A stretch of 31,356 bases of DNA from Eubacteriales bacterium (GTDB lineage Bacteria; Bacillota; Clostridia; Oscillospirales; QAKW01), in the NCBI GenBank assembly GCA_045593105.1, contig JAZNVY010000112.1, positions 1-31,356 of the forward strand. Reading direction: 5' to 3'. The translations under genes were made by a program, and so were the position numbers. The notes beneath the pieces are model-generated. The model searched no databases, was not told the origin of the DNA, and saw only the letters and a program-made list of their open reading frames with translations. Shown piece by piece: positions 15,879-25,357 of this stretch. Positions within the stretch are counted from its first letter, which is position 1; each line of letters starts with the position of its first letter.

Positions 15879-17157
15879 CCAGCAAGGCTTCTACTGCATC
15901 TACGCCTAATGTCCAAATTCCGTATGCATCGCTCATGCTCTTGCGCTCGGCAAAGGAATCATCCACAAACAATGCCTTTTTGGAGGGAGATACATGATCG
16001 ATTTTTCGTTCCGATCGAGGCAGACAAATGATTCTATCGAATAATTCCGGTGCAATTCTGCGTACCTTAAGATCGGTAATAATATCCGTTTCATGGCGTG
16101 TTAATAAAATGACCGGGATTTTATTTTCAACGCACTGGTAGATAAAGCGCAGAACGTTGAAGTTGACGCGATCGTGGACAATGAGCGTATCGTCAAAGTC
16201 CATGTAAACCTCATCGTAGTCAATGTCTAATTTGAAGAGGTTATTAAGCGCGCGGTCAACCGTCACGTTACCGATCTGCTCCGGAATATCTACGTCATAA
16301 TCCAGGGCATCGAAGACGGTGAGCAACGCCAGATTGACGCCGGCTGCGCGCTCGACGCACATAGTGCCGGCGACACGGGTAGCACACTCTAAAAGTCGGT
16401 ATTCCTCGGCGGCGTTTAATTTCAGTTGAAAGAACCAAACACCGCGAAATTCCATCTTTTGATTAATGGTTTCGGCAATTTCTAAAATTCGAGCATCCGG
16501 AGCCATTAAGGTGGAGTTCACGCTGATGCCGTTCTTGATGCGATGGCGATTGCGGCAGGAAGCATAGCGTAATTTTCCGTGGCGATCGGTGAAACAATCA
16601 ATGGTATATTCTTCGCCGGGCAGATACTCGCAAACGACCTGTTCCTCCGAACGGATGGAAAGCTCATGCAACAGCTCATCTTTGCTCTTAAGGATCATAA
16701 ATCCTTGCGCACCCTGAGATTCAGTCGGCTTTATAATGACGGGATACTGCTCAATTTCGTTCGGTGAATTATAGATCTTCGGCAAAAAATCGCAACCGGC
16801 AAGACGCGCGTAGGTTTTGCTCTTGCTTCTGCAAAGCTCGACTGTTTCATGAGGGCAGGTCAATAATTTAGCATGCAACTTTTCTCTGTTTTCGGAAAGA
16901 GCCAGAATGACGCTGTCAAAAGCCGGAAAAATGAAATCTATTCCCAACTCATCGATATAGCGGTTCAACACGTCGACAAAAGCCGGATCAGAAATAAACG
17001 GAATATCGCCGATATAATTTTTATAGACCCAGCGGCCGTGATCCTCCACGCTTGATGCACCGTAAAGATCGATAAAACGGATGTCTTTTAATGAACGGTG
17101 GAGTTCTAAGCCGATCTCAGATCCGCAGGGAAATACCATGATTTTAATTTGTTTCAT
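15865..17157 (-). CDS. ATP-grasp domain protein with C-terminal HAD-like domain
   Basis: PVIIKP..SQG..G, CEYLPGEEYTID, and LECATR (ATP-grasp); C-terminal YMDFDDTL and FVDDS..ER (HAD). Confidence 0.8.
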   Translation of the reverse strand: MKQIKIMVFPCGSEIGLELHRSLKDIRFIDLYGASSVEDHGRWVYKNYIGDIPFISDPAFVDVLNRYIDELGIDFIFPAFDSVILALSENREKLHAKLLTCPHETVELCRSKSKTYARLAGCDFLPKIYNSPNEIEQYPVIIKPTESQGAQGFMILKSKDELLHELSIRSEEQVVCEYLPGEEYTIDCFTDRHGKLRYASCRNRHRIKNGISVNSTLMAPDARILEIAETINQKMEFRGVWFFQLKLNAAEEYRLLECATRVAGTMCVERAAGVNLALLTVFDALDYDVDIPEQIGNVTVDRALNNLFKLDIDYDEVYMDFDDTLIVHDRVNFNVLRFIYQCVENKIPVILLTRHETDIITDLKVRRIAPELFDRIICLPRSERKIDHVSPSKKALFVDDSFAERKSMSDAYGIWTLGVDAVEALLDERQ

Positions 17158-17168
17158 ATTAGCCTCAC

Positions 17169-19628
17169 TTATAAGCTGATACGTCGTTTGATTTCTTCGA
17201 CAATTCGTTTGGAATTATCCGGTCCATTGACTTCCTTTGTAAAGAAGTACTTTAACTTTTCGTTGCGAAGCTCCGCATCTTTCATAGGATCTTCATAATA
17301 GACCTTGACCTGTTGCAACGTCTCGCTCCAGCTACCGGTCAAGGGGCCTGGGATTACGCTGGGAAAATCAAGATTAAATCCAGCTTCATTCTCCACGAAC
17401 CAATCGTAATCAGAGCCATGGAAAATGACCGGTCGATCCAACTGAGCGAAATCCAAACCAATGCTGGAATAGTCGGTAATCATAATAGAAAACGTGCCGA
17501 TTTCGGTGTAAACGTCCGGTTCATCATGCAATAAAACGCGATCATATTGCTTTAATACGTTTTTGATCTTGCCGCTATAGCTGCGCCAGGTATGGGGATG
17601 CATACGAAGATAGAAATTACCGTTAATCTGCTCCATTAATTCCTGAATAGCCGGTGCGGCGTTGAGGAACTCCTGCACCATGGCGGTTTCGCGCTGATAA
17701 TTGAAGCGATATGTGGGGGCATACATGATTTTGATGGGGTCAGCCTGTTTTTTTGCCTGATACATCAAAATGTCACGCGGATGGCCGGCCATAAAGCAGT
17801 TCTCGCGGGGTACCTTCCAGATATCTGCAATCATTTCTAAACGTTCCTGACCGGGACATACGAAAAGAAAATATTTCTCAAAGAGTTCGCGGTAAGGTGC
17901 TTTGAAGAAATACTTGATGCGCTTAAGGAGTTTTGTAAAGCAATTATCCTTGTCAGTTGGAAGGATGTCCCAACTATAGCGTGCCCCACGCTCAGTCGTG
18001 TTGCGTACGCCGTTGGCATCCCCCATTGCCTTAAACCCGACCCCGTGCCACAGTTGAACGACCTTGGTTTTGTCATTAAAGCCCAAGAAGGGATCGTAAT
18101 CTGAGGATGCATAGTGATCTGTGACTGCGATCTCTGCTTTAGAAAGGATCTTTTTATATTCTTTGGTTCCGCTTAGACATACCGGTTTGTTCTCTCCTTT
18201 TAACTTGCGGTATACCGCATTGTTATTGGTGAGCCAGTAAATATTGATTTCGGGATGGTTTTCTAATACATACTCATAAAAGTATTTTGTATTATCTAAA
18301 TATCCATTGCCGCGGAAACTGGTTACAACCCAAAGGTTCTTCACCTTCGGTACAAAGGTGTTGCGCCAGTATGTAAAGATTGAGAGAATTCGCTTGATAC
18401 CCTTTTTAAACAACTTAAATTTATCCAGTATAACGTTGATAAACTTCAAAAATGCAACGTAAATTTTTGCTCCATGGCGGAAATAACGGTTACGCACCAT
18501 TAATTGATATCCGCCCCAGGTCCAAGCGCTGATCATCATGCGGCTGTCATTATAAAACGAAAGAAACGCCGTCATAGAAAGCCTGGCTGCTTCTGGATAC
18601 TTTTGGAAAAAGTACACCATTGCATCATGATTGCCTAATTTCAACGCGGTTTTTAAGTAATTATAGGATTCTAATTTAATTCTGTTTTCAAAGGGGACGC
18701 CGGGATAGTGCTTGAGATTAGATGCATACCAATCCAAAAGTCCTGTCATCCAGCGAATATGATCCAGGCGCGTTTTCATAAAGTGCTCGTCCATATCGGC
18801 ACTCATATATACGCCTACGTTGCTACGACGATAAACTGCGGTAACGTCAGGCAAAAATCCAGCCAGTCCTTCCCCGAGCTGCATCATAAAGATGGGGTGA
18901 TCCCCGATAATTCCGGTATAATACCATTCAGGAATGATAACGTCGTAGTTCCAGCGATAGAATACCGTTGCCGTATGAGCCGGAAAGACCCAAACGCAAT
19001 CTGATGCGGAGTGCGGCGTCATTTTAAGTTTATATGAGGGTTCGCAATCCGGGAAGATCATCTTCCCTTCTTTATTCGTCTTAAACCAATCGCGCAAGAA
19101 CCAATCTTCCGGTGCGCTGATTTCTGCGCGCGTATAGGCGACCCTCATTTCCGGATGAGCCTGCATATAATCATACTGCTTTTGCAGCTTATACTCATCC
19201 ACCCAATAGTCGTCCCCCTCGCAAAAAGCAATGTAGGGACTGGTGGCGTGATTACAGAGATCGATCAGATTAGCCTGAGCACCCATGTTCTCTTCACGCA
19301 AAAATGGAACGATGATATCCGGATACTTTTCGGCATATTCTCGTACAATATCAGCCGTCCCGTCGGGCCCATGATCTTCCCCCACGAAAACCTTGTACTT
19401 AAAATTAGTTTTTTGCATCAAAAAACCATCCAGAGCATCGCGGATATACTCTTCGTGCTTATAGGTAATGCAGCAGATAGTCACAGCGCAATCATCGTTG
19501 GCTTCATACCGCTTAGCTGTTTCGGGACCCATTACAAGCCCGTCGGTCTTTCCATCGGTATAATAAGCTTCCTCGTTAGGATTATAGAGGGTTGCGTATT
19601 TGAAATCCTTTTTCGTTTGAATACTCAT
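17169..19628 (-). CDS. Bifunctional GT2 glycosyltransferase / TagF-like CDP-alditol phosphotransferase
   Basis: N-terminal GT2 (CITYKHE.YI..AL, CEGDDYW); C-terminal TagF/TagB motifs QLWHG, GHPR, YAPTYR, RMHP and ITDYSSI. Confidence 0.85.
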   Translation of the reverse strand: MSIQTKKDFKYATLYNPNEEAYYTDGKTDGLVMGPETAKRYEANDDCAVTICCITYKHEEYIRDALDGFLMQKTNFKYKVFVGEDHGPDGTADIVREYAEKYPDIIVPFLREENMGAQANLIDLCNHATSPYIAFCEGDDYWVDEYKLQKQYDYMQAHPEMRVAYTRAEISAPEDWFLRDWFKTNKEGKMIFPDCEPSYKLKMTPHSASDCVWVFPAHTATVFYRWNYDVIIPEWYYTGIIGDHPIFMMQLGEGLAGFLPDVTAVYRRSNVGVYMSADMDEHFMKTRLDHIRWMTGLLDWYASNLKHYPGVPFENRIKLESYNYLKTALKLGNHDAMVYFFQKYPEAARLSMTAFLSFYNDSRMMISAWTWGGYQLMVRNRYFRHGAKIYVAFLKFINVILDKFKLFKKGIKRILSIFTYWRNTFVPKVKNLWVVTSFRGNGYLDNTKYFYEYVLENHPEINIYWLTNNNAVYRKLKGENKPVCLSGTKEYKKILSKAEIAVTDHYASSDYDPFLGFNDKTKVVQLWHGVGFKAMGDANGVRNTTERGARYSWDILPTDKDNCFTKLLKRIKYFFKAPYRELFEKYFLFVCPGQERLEMIADIWKVPRENCFMAGHPRDILMYQAKKQADPIKIMYAPTYRFNYQRETAMVQEFLNAAPAIQELMEQINGNFYLRMHPHTWRSYSGKIKNVLKQYDRVLLHDEPDVYTEIGTFSIMITDYSSIGLDFAQLDRPVIFHGSDYDWFVENEAGFNLDFPSVIPGPLTGSWSETLQQVKVYYEDPMKDAELRNEKLKYFFTKEVNGPDNSKRIVEEIKRRISL

Positions 19629-19641
19629 AAACGATTGATCC

Positions 19642-20691
19642 TTATCTCCCAGTTAGTACTTGATAGGTGCTCAAAACACCTTGCTTAATCGTATAATTAC
19701 CATTCCAGCCAAGAGCGCAAAGTTTATCACTATCCAATACCGCATAGGTAATGGGGGTCTGCTGTTCCTTCGCGATTGTTTCGGACTCAGAAAACACCAC
19801 TTTTCGTCCTGCTGTTTCTGCTATGGCTTCAGCTAATCCGGCAATCGTGACGCGCGCGTTGGGATTTGCAACGTTATAGGCCTCTTTCGATTGACCGCAT
19901 AAAAGAATGGTCAAGATCGCAGAAGCGCAATCTGCCACATAGCAGTAAGAGCGCATTTGCGTCCCTTTACTCTTCATGAGGATATCCTCGCCCCGGATGG
20001 CGTTGTTCATGAATTGAACGCTTGCACGGTTGTCGCTTGCCGTCGTATTGGGACCATAAATGTGACACGGTCTTGCAATGACCGTTTCCAAACTAAATTG
20101 CTGCGTATAAGAAACGCAAAGGGTTTCCGCCGTGCGCTTAGAGGACGGATAGCAAGCGCGTGGCTCAGTCGGGTCCACGTAACCGCTAAAATCCTCCGAA
20201 AAAGCCTTGAGATTTGGATCTCCCTGCCCATAAACTTCTCCGGATGATACGAACAAAAAGCGCTTCGCATGATGCTCTTTGGCGTAATGGAGTAAATATT
20301 GCGTTCCAAAAACGTTGTTGAGAATCGTACCGACTGGATCTTCCGCAAAGGATGCAGGATATGCATTGCTGGCCGCATGAATGACGTAGTCAATAGCAAA
20401 ATCAAACGTCGGGGATTGATTTACATCATGCTCGACGAAGTGCAGATGATCGGTAATAACCCCCTCAAATCTTTTTTGTAATCTCGCTTCACTTCTTCCC
20501 AAAGCATAGATCTGAATGTCGGCATCTTCAAGGCGATTATACTCCAAAAGCATATCCACAAGAAATGAACCGATCAAACCGGTGGCACCGGTGATCATGA
20601 TGGAAGAACTGCGTAAATCTTGGATTTTGGGGACGGCAGAAATAGCGGTTGCTAAATCTTTGCGGTAGGTTGCACTATCGTACAAAAACAA
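19642..20691 (-). CDS. NAD-dependent epimerase/dehydratase-family SDR (CDP-alditol reductase candidate)
   Basis: TGATGLIGS, SSGEVYG and YPSSK (YxxxK) motifs; adjacent to an IspD-like cytidylyltransferase. Confidence 0.8.
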   Translation of the reverse strand: MFLYDSATYRKDLATAISAVPKIQDLRSSSIMITGATGLIGSFLVDMLLEYNRLEDADIQIYALGRSEARLQKRFEGVITDHLHFVEHDVNQSPTFDFAIDYVIHAASNAYPASFAEDPVGTILNNVFGTQYLLHYAKEHHAKRFLFVSSGEVYGQGDPNLKAFSEDFSGYVDPTEPRACYPSSKRTAETLCVSYTQQFSLETVIARPCHIYGPNTTASDNRASVQFMNNAIRGEDILMKSKGTQMRSYCYVADCASAILTILLCGQSKEAYNVANPNARVTIAGLAEAIAETAGRKVVFSESETIAKEQQTPITYAVLDSDKLCALGWNGNYTIKQGVLSTYQVLTGR

Positions 20692-20701
20692 ATCGTTTAC
20701 C

Positions 20702-21412
20702 TCACTTTAACCAATTGGAACGTTTCACATTCAAAAGGGCTTTAAAAATATCAATGTCTTCGATCGTAGTTAATTTGATGTTTTTTTCAGAACCGGCAGA
20801 GAAATAAACCTTCTCCCCCATTTCGATCATCAAAGTAACCGATGCGACGGAGTTTGTAATTCCGGCTTCCAGAGCACGCCGATGCAGGTCACAGATCTTC
20901 CCGATAGAAAAGCCCTGAGGGGTTTGGGTACGCTTCAATTCATCCCGGGGATAGCATTCGGTAGAAGTCTCTTGATCCTGCGTGATCACCATCGCCTCGG
21001 CGCAAGGAATAACCGCAATGGCACAGCCATTCTGCTGTGTTTTAACGATACAATCAGAAATGATTTCCTGCGAAACCATCGGACGGATCGCATCATGGAT
21101 CAGCACGATGTCGTCTTTGGAATAATGCTTTTCCAGCTCATAAACGCCATTCCGGATGGAATCCTGTCCGTTTTTACCGCCGGGAATGACATGCTTCAGC
21201 TTCGTGATGTTAAACTGATTGGCATAAGCCCAAAGCATATTCTCCCAGCCATCAATGCAAACCACCGCGATGGCATCAATATCAGAGTGTTTTTGGAAGG
21301 CTTCCAAGGTATAAACGATTACAGGACGCTCATCGACAGTTAAAAACTGCTTGGGGATATTCTGATGCATCCGTTGGCCACTACCGCCTGCAATGATCAA
21401 TCCAATATTCAT
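20702..21412 (-). CDS. IspD/TarI-family cytidylyltransferase
   Basis: IAGGSGQRM, PKQFL, GG..GQDSI, HDAIRP, QTPQ and NIKLTT..D motifs. Start moved to ATG 21412. Confidence 0.9.
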   Translation of the reverse strand: MNIGLIIAGGSGQRMHQNIPKQFLTVDERPVIVYTLEAFQKHSDIDAIAVVCIDGWENMLWAYANQFNITKLKHVIPGGKNGQDSIRNGVYELEKHYSKDDIVLIHDAIRPMVSQEIISDCIVKTQQNGCAIAVIPCAEAMVITQDQETSTECYPRDELKRTQTPQGFSIGKICDLHRRALEAGITNSVASVTLMIEMGEKVYFSAGSEKNIKLTTIEDIDIFKALLNVKRSNWLK

Positions 21413-21417
21413 AATAA

Positions 21418-22527
21418 TTACCTCACTGAATTTAATATCGTATCGCAAATGCGATCCACTTCGTTAATTTCAAGCCCTTCGTAAAGCGGCAAACAGAGTA
21501 CTCTTTCCGAAATACGCGCCGCAACCGGTGTTTTTGCAGGGTCATAGATGCCGTTAAAGCTTTCGACGGAGCTTGTCAAAGGATAGAAATATTTTCTTGC
21601 ACCAATATTTTGAGCCGCCAGTGCATCGAGTACTTGATCGCGATCCCTGCCGAAGGTCTCAGGGTGCACTACGAGAGGAAAATAAGCGTAATTGCTCTTA
21701 ACACCCTCTTGGATGATGCTAAGCTGCAGACTGGGAACGTTTTGTAACCGTTCTCTGTATCTGTCAGCAGCAATCTTTCGTGATGCTATGGAATCATCGA
21801 TATGCCGCAGATTGCAAAGTCCCATAGCGGCGCAAAATTCATTCATTTTCGCATTACCGCCGGTAAATGCAAGGGTTTCCGGAGCGGTCATGCCAAAGTT
21901 TTTGCAATGATTGATTTTGTTATAATTAATATCATCGCGGAAAATTGCGGCACCACCTTCAATAGAGTGGAAAACCTTGGTGGCATGGAAGCTGAACATA
22001 GATGCGTCGCCCAGAGCGGCAGCGCCGACGCCATTCTTTCGTACTCCAAATGCATGGGCTGCGTCGTAGATTACTTTAAGTCCGTGACGATCAGCAATTT
22101 TGCGAATGGCTTCATCGTCACAAAGGTTACCGTATACGTGAACCGGCATGATCGCACAGGTCTTATCGGTTATGAGCGCCTCAATCTTGTCCGTATCAAT
22201 GGTGAAATCTTGATCGTTGATATCGCAGAATACCGGGGTCAATCCTTTGCGAACAATTGCATTAGTAGTGGAAACGAAGGTGAAGGGAGTCGTTATCACT
22301 TCCCCTTTTAGTTCAAATACCTCTAAAATGCATTCCAGCGCCTGATGACCGTTAACGCAAAGCGCAACGTTGGACACACCGAGATATTCGCAGAGTTTTT
22401 TCTCCAGTTCCTGATGCTTGGCCCCGGAATTCGTCAGCCATCGAGTCTCCCATAACGGCCGAATTTCCTCGATATACTCTTCAAGCGGAGGCATAGAGGA
22501 ACGCGTCACTAATATTTTATCTTGCAT
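21418..22527 (-). CDS. DegT/DnrJ/EryC1/StrS aminotransferase, VioA-like (dTDP-4-amino-4,6-dideoxyglucose)
   Basis: W.TN.G, PVHVYG, IYDAAHAFG, SFHATK.F...EGG and NAKMNEF..A motifs typical of the VioA clade. Confidence 0.85.
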   Translation of the reverse strand: MQDKILVTRSSMPPLEEYIEEIRPLWETRWLTNSGAKHQELEKKLCEYLGVSNVALCVNGHQALECILEVFELKGEVITTPFTFVSTTNAIVRKGLTPVFCDINDQDFTIDTDKIEALITDKTCAIMPVHVYGNLCDDEAIRKIADRHGLKVIYDAAHAFGVRKNGVGAAALGDASMFSFHATKVFHSIEGGAAIFRDDINYNKINHCKNFGMTAPETLAFTGGNAKMNEFCAAMGLCNLRHIDDSIASRKIAADRYRERLQNVPSLQLSIIQEGVKSNYAYFPLVVHPETFGRDRDQVLDALAAQNIGARKYFYPLTSSVESFNGIYDPAKTPVAARISERVLCLPLYEGLEINEVDRICDTILNSVR

Positions 22528-22545
22528 TTCAGCACCTTCTTTTTC

Positions 22546-23532
22546 CTATTTCAGAAGAAGTTTTTTAAACCTTTCCCAAAGTATATTTCCGCGTTTTCCC
22601 ATAATGGAAAATACAACAATCAAAAACAAGAATACGAGCCGATCCTTCAGAGGCAACACGCGCGTATATTGCAGGGCGTTTTTGCGCACTGCCGGATCAA
22701 AGGTCTTGCGATATTCCGTAAACCACATATGTGCTAAATGATAGTGGACATCATTTACATATTTTTCGTCGGTGTAAGCGTTAAAATTTGAAAGCCAGCG
22801 AGTCTCGTTCTCTACGTGATCGTAATTGACATGATCTTTGTTCTGAGACGTCCAGGATCCGGCGGATGCAAAGCGATATACGCCCATGATGCGGTCGATA
22901 TAGTAAACTGTTCCCATGGAAGCGGCGAGCACCTGCGCAGGATAATCGTAAACGTCCGCTTCATCGCGAAATGGAGGCCATATATCCATCACTTCTCTGC
23001 GAAACATGGAAGAAACGGTGGGACAAAACATGCCGCCGCGCTTAATGATGGTGGATGGAGATACTTCGCATGAATTCTTCAACGGGCGTACAGTCATATA
23101 CTCCCCTTCGGGATCCAATTGTAGAACGCTGTGAAAACAAAGCGTGCATTCAGGATGCTGCATCATATAATCCGTTTGGCGTTGCAATTTCGTGTCGTCA
23201 TTCCAATAGTCATCCCCTTCGCAAATAGCAATTAATGATCCATGACTAATGGGATGTATGTGTGTTTTGATTATATTGCATTTTCTATATTGGTTCTCGT
23301 GTTGTAGAATGGGGCGAATGATCTGCGGATAGACTTCTGCGTAATGGCGGACAATTTCTCCGGTGCGATCCGTAGAAGCATCATCGTGCACGATCAATTC
23401 AAAGGGAAAATCCGTTTTTTGACCGATGATACTTTCGATGGTTTGCGCAATGGTATCTTCTTGATTGAAGGCCATGCAATATACAGAAACTAAAGGCGTT
23501 TCATTTGTTTTCGCCACATTACAACACATCAA
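22546..23532 (-). CDS. GT2 family glycosyltransferase
   Basis: VSVYC.AFNQE..I, HDDASTD and CEGDDYW motifs; exact start uncertain. Confidence 0.88.
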   Translation of the reverse strand: MMCCNVAKTNETPLVSVYCMAFNQEDTIAQTIESIIGQKTDFPFELIVHDDASTDRTGEIVRHYAEVYPQIIRPILQHENQYRKCNIIKTHIHPISHGSLIAICEGDDYWNDDTKLQRQTDYMMQHPECTLCFHSVLQLDPEGEYMTVRPLKNSCEVSPSTIIKRGGMFCPTVSSMFRREVMDIWPPFRDEADVYDYPAQVLAASMGTVYYIDRIMGVYRFASAGSWTSQNKDHVNYDHVENETRWLSNFNAYTDEKYVNDVHYHLAHMWFTEYRKTFDPAVRKNALQYTRVLPLKDRLVFLFLIVVFSIMGKRGNILWERFKKLLLK

Positions 23533-23600
23533 ATTTCACCCAATAATTATAATTATCCTAATTTTAACATATTATATATTAAAAGTCAATATAACGAATA

Positions 23601-23631
23601 AGCGCACACCATCAAACAAACGGTGTGCGCT
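23601..23631. terminator. Hairpin after the 174-aa membrane protein gene (probable terminator)
   Basis: AGCGCACACC-11 nt-GGTGTGCGCT; weak U-tract. Confidence 0.5.
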
Positions 23632-23635
23632 CCTG

Positions 23636-24160
23636 TTATTTTTCAGCGATTTTTTTATACAATTTGAGTGCAAAATCGGAAACCATAAAGTTTTTAAAGC
23701 CGGCAATATAACCGATCCACGGGATTAAAATCATAGGCAAAAACGCCAGAGCCATGACAAATTGCTGATGATTGGGAAACATATTGATCATCGGCCATGT
23801 CCAATACATATCTGCGATCATATAATAAAGCGCGAGAATTCCGGCGTTCGTGATGCGATAAGCGAGGTATAAAGAAAACAACGGAATTGCGGCAATGATC
23901 CCCGCCAAAGCGCCTTTATAAAGAAAGCCGAAATAATGAGGCGTTTTCTCAGCACGGTTCTTATCGTGAAATCCGCTCTTGAATGCAGAGTTATATGTAA
24001 CGTAAGCGTAAAAACCAAAGCAGATGCAAAATGCGATGGTATAACCGGTCAGACTATTCTCAAAAATTGTACTGACGCAGAGAACGAGCATAAAGCCGGA
24101 TATGATGCCGACAAACTGGTCTAAGATTAAGGATGCCGTACATTTTAAAATATGTTTCAT
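23636..24160 (-). CDS. Hypothetical membrane protein (about 4 TM)
   Basis: Hydrophobic 174-aa ORF with RBS GAGGAG; overlaps the end of mutY in an operon-like arrangement. Confidence 0.7.
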   Translation of the reverse strand: MKHILKCTASLILDQFVGIISGFMLVLCVSTIFENSLTGYTIAFCICFGFYAYVTYNSAFKSGFHDKNRAEKTPHYFGFLYKGALAGIIAAIPLFSLYLAYRITNAGILALYYMIADMYWTWPMINMFPNHQQFVMALAFLPMILIPWIGYIAGFKNFMVSDFALKLYKKIAEK

Positions 24161-24164
24161 TGTT

Positions 24165-25208
24165 TTACTCCTCGTAACGTTGATTTTTCAAATAGTCTGT
24201 ATAGCATCGAAAAGCGCTGGGAATCGCCTTTTGATGAAGAGCCTCCCCTATTGCGACCCATTCATAATTTGAGTCAAGTTCCGGAACGAACAGCTCGTAC
24301 CCAATCATCTGCCATTCAATGTGGGTGAAGATGTGTGTCGATGGCGGAAGAGCGGTGATCTTAGTCGGTCTGAACTCTTGAAGCGCTTTTGCCTTCAGAT
24401 GGCCGGGAAGGTTTGGAAACTCCCATAAATTAGCTAAAAGACCGTTTTCCGGGCGGCGATGAAGGGCGATCTGTTCACCATGCCGTAATAAAAGTACGGT
24501 TTTTTTCTCAATTTTACGCTTTTTCTTTGCAGTTTTAACCGGGATTTCATCCGTGAGATTCTTTTTCCTGGCAGTACATAATGATTGCAGAGGACAACTG
24601 GCGCAAAGAGGTACACCATTAGGCAAACATACGATGGCACCAAGCTCCATTAAAGCCTGCGTAAAATCAGAAGTTCGATCTTTGGGGTAGATATTTCTTA
24701 AGGATTCTGTAAAATTCCGTTTCACCGAAGGCGAGGCGATATCTTCGTAAGAACCAATCACTCTGGATAGAACACGTAAAACGTTTCCGTCTACTGCCGG
24801 AGTCGGTAGACCTAAAGCGATGGAGCAGATCGCGCCTGCAGTGTAATCACCAATGCCGGGAAGTGCACGCCATCCGTCAAAATCGGTTGGAAAGTGCTTT
24901 TCCTTTACAACTTCAATGGCCGCTTTTTGGAGGTTTCTTGCTCGGCTGTAATAGCCTAAGCCCTCCCAAAGCTTCATCAACCGATCTTCCGGAATGGCAG
25001 CGAGAGTTTCTACGTTCGGGATCTCCTCCATAAATCGTAAATAATATGGAATCACAGGGTCAACGCGAGTCTGCTGCAGCATGATTTCCGAGATCCATAC
25101 GCGATATGGCGTCGGATCATGACGCCATGGCAGATCCCTTTTATTTTGCGTATACCAATCCAATAAAGGATCAACAATTTCTTTTAAGTTCTCGTTCATT
25201 ATTTCCAC
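24165..25208 (-). CDS. mutY: A/G-specific adenine glycosylase
   Basis: RDLPWR, VWISEIMLQQT, WEGLGYYSRARN, HhH LPGIG.YTA, VDGNV, [4Fe-4S] cysteine cluster and C-terminal NUDIX-like domain. Start may be ATG 25199. Confidence 0.96.
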   Translation of the reverse strand: MEIMNENLKEIVDPLLDWYTQNKRDLPWRHDPTPYRVWISEIMLQQTRVDPVIPYYLRFMEEIPNVETLAAIPEDRLMKLWEGLGYYSRARNLQKAAIEVVKEKHFPTDFDGWRALPGIGDYTAGAICSIALGLPTPAVDGNVLRVLSRVIGSYEDIASPSVKRNFTESLRNIYPKDRTSDFTQALMELGAIVCLPNGVPLCASCPLQSLCTARKKNLTDEIPVKTAKKKRKIEKKTVLLLRHGEQIALHRRPENGLLANLWEFPNLPGHLKAKALQEFRPTKITALPPSTHIFTHIEWQMIGYELFVPELDSNYEWVAIGEALHQKAIPSAFRCYTDYLKNQRYEE

Positions 25209-25291
25209 CTTTATGGTTATTAAACTTATTATAACGGATAATCTACTAAATATCCATGAATTTTTTGAAAATATTTAAAATCGGCTCAAAA

Positions 25292-25325
25292 TACGACAAA
25301 AAGGCTTTTAACACCTCGCTATAAT
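25292..25325 (+). promoter_or_regulatory. Candidate Spo0A-activated sigmaA promoter of spoIIE
   Basis: TACGACA (reverse 0A box, 6/7 to TTCGACA) at 25292-25298, 21 nt upstream of a perfect TATAAT at 25320-25325. Confidence 0.5.
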
Positions 25326-25357
25326 GAGAGAAAATGACGTTAAAGAGGAGTTAAAAA

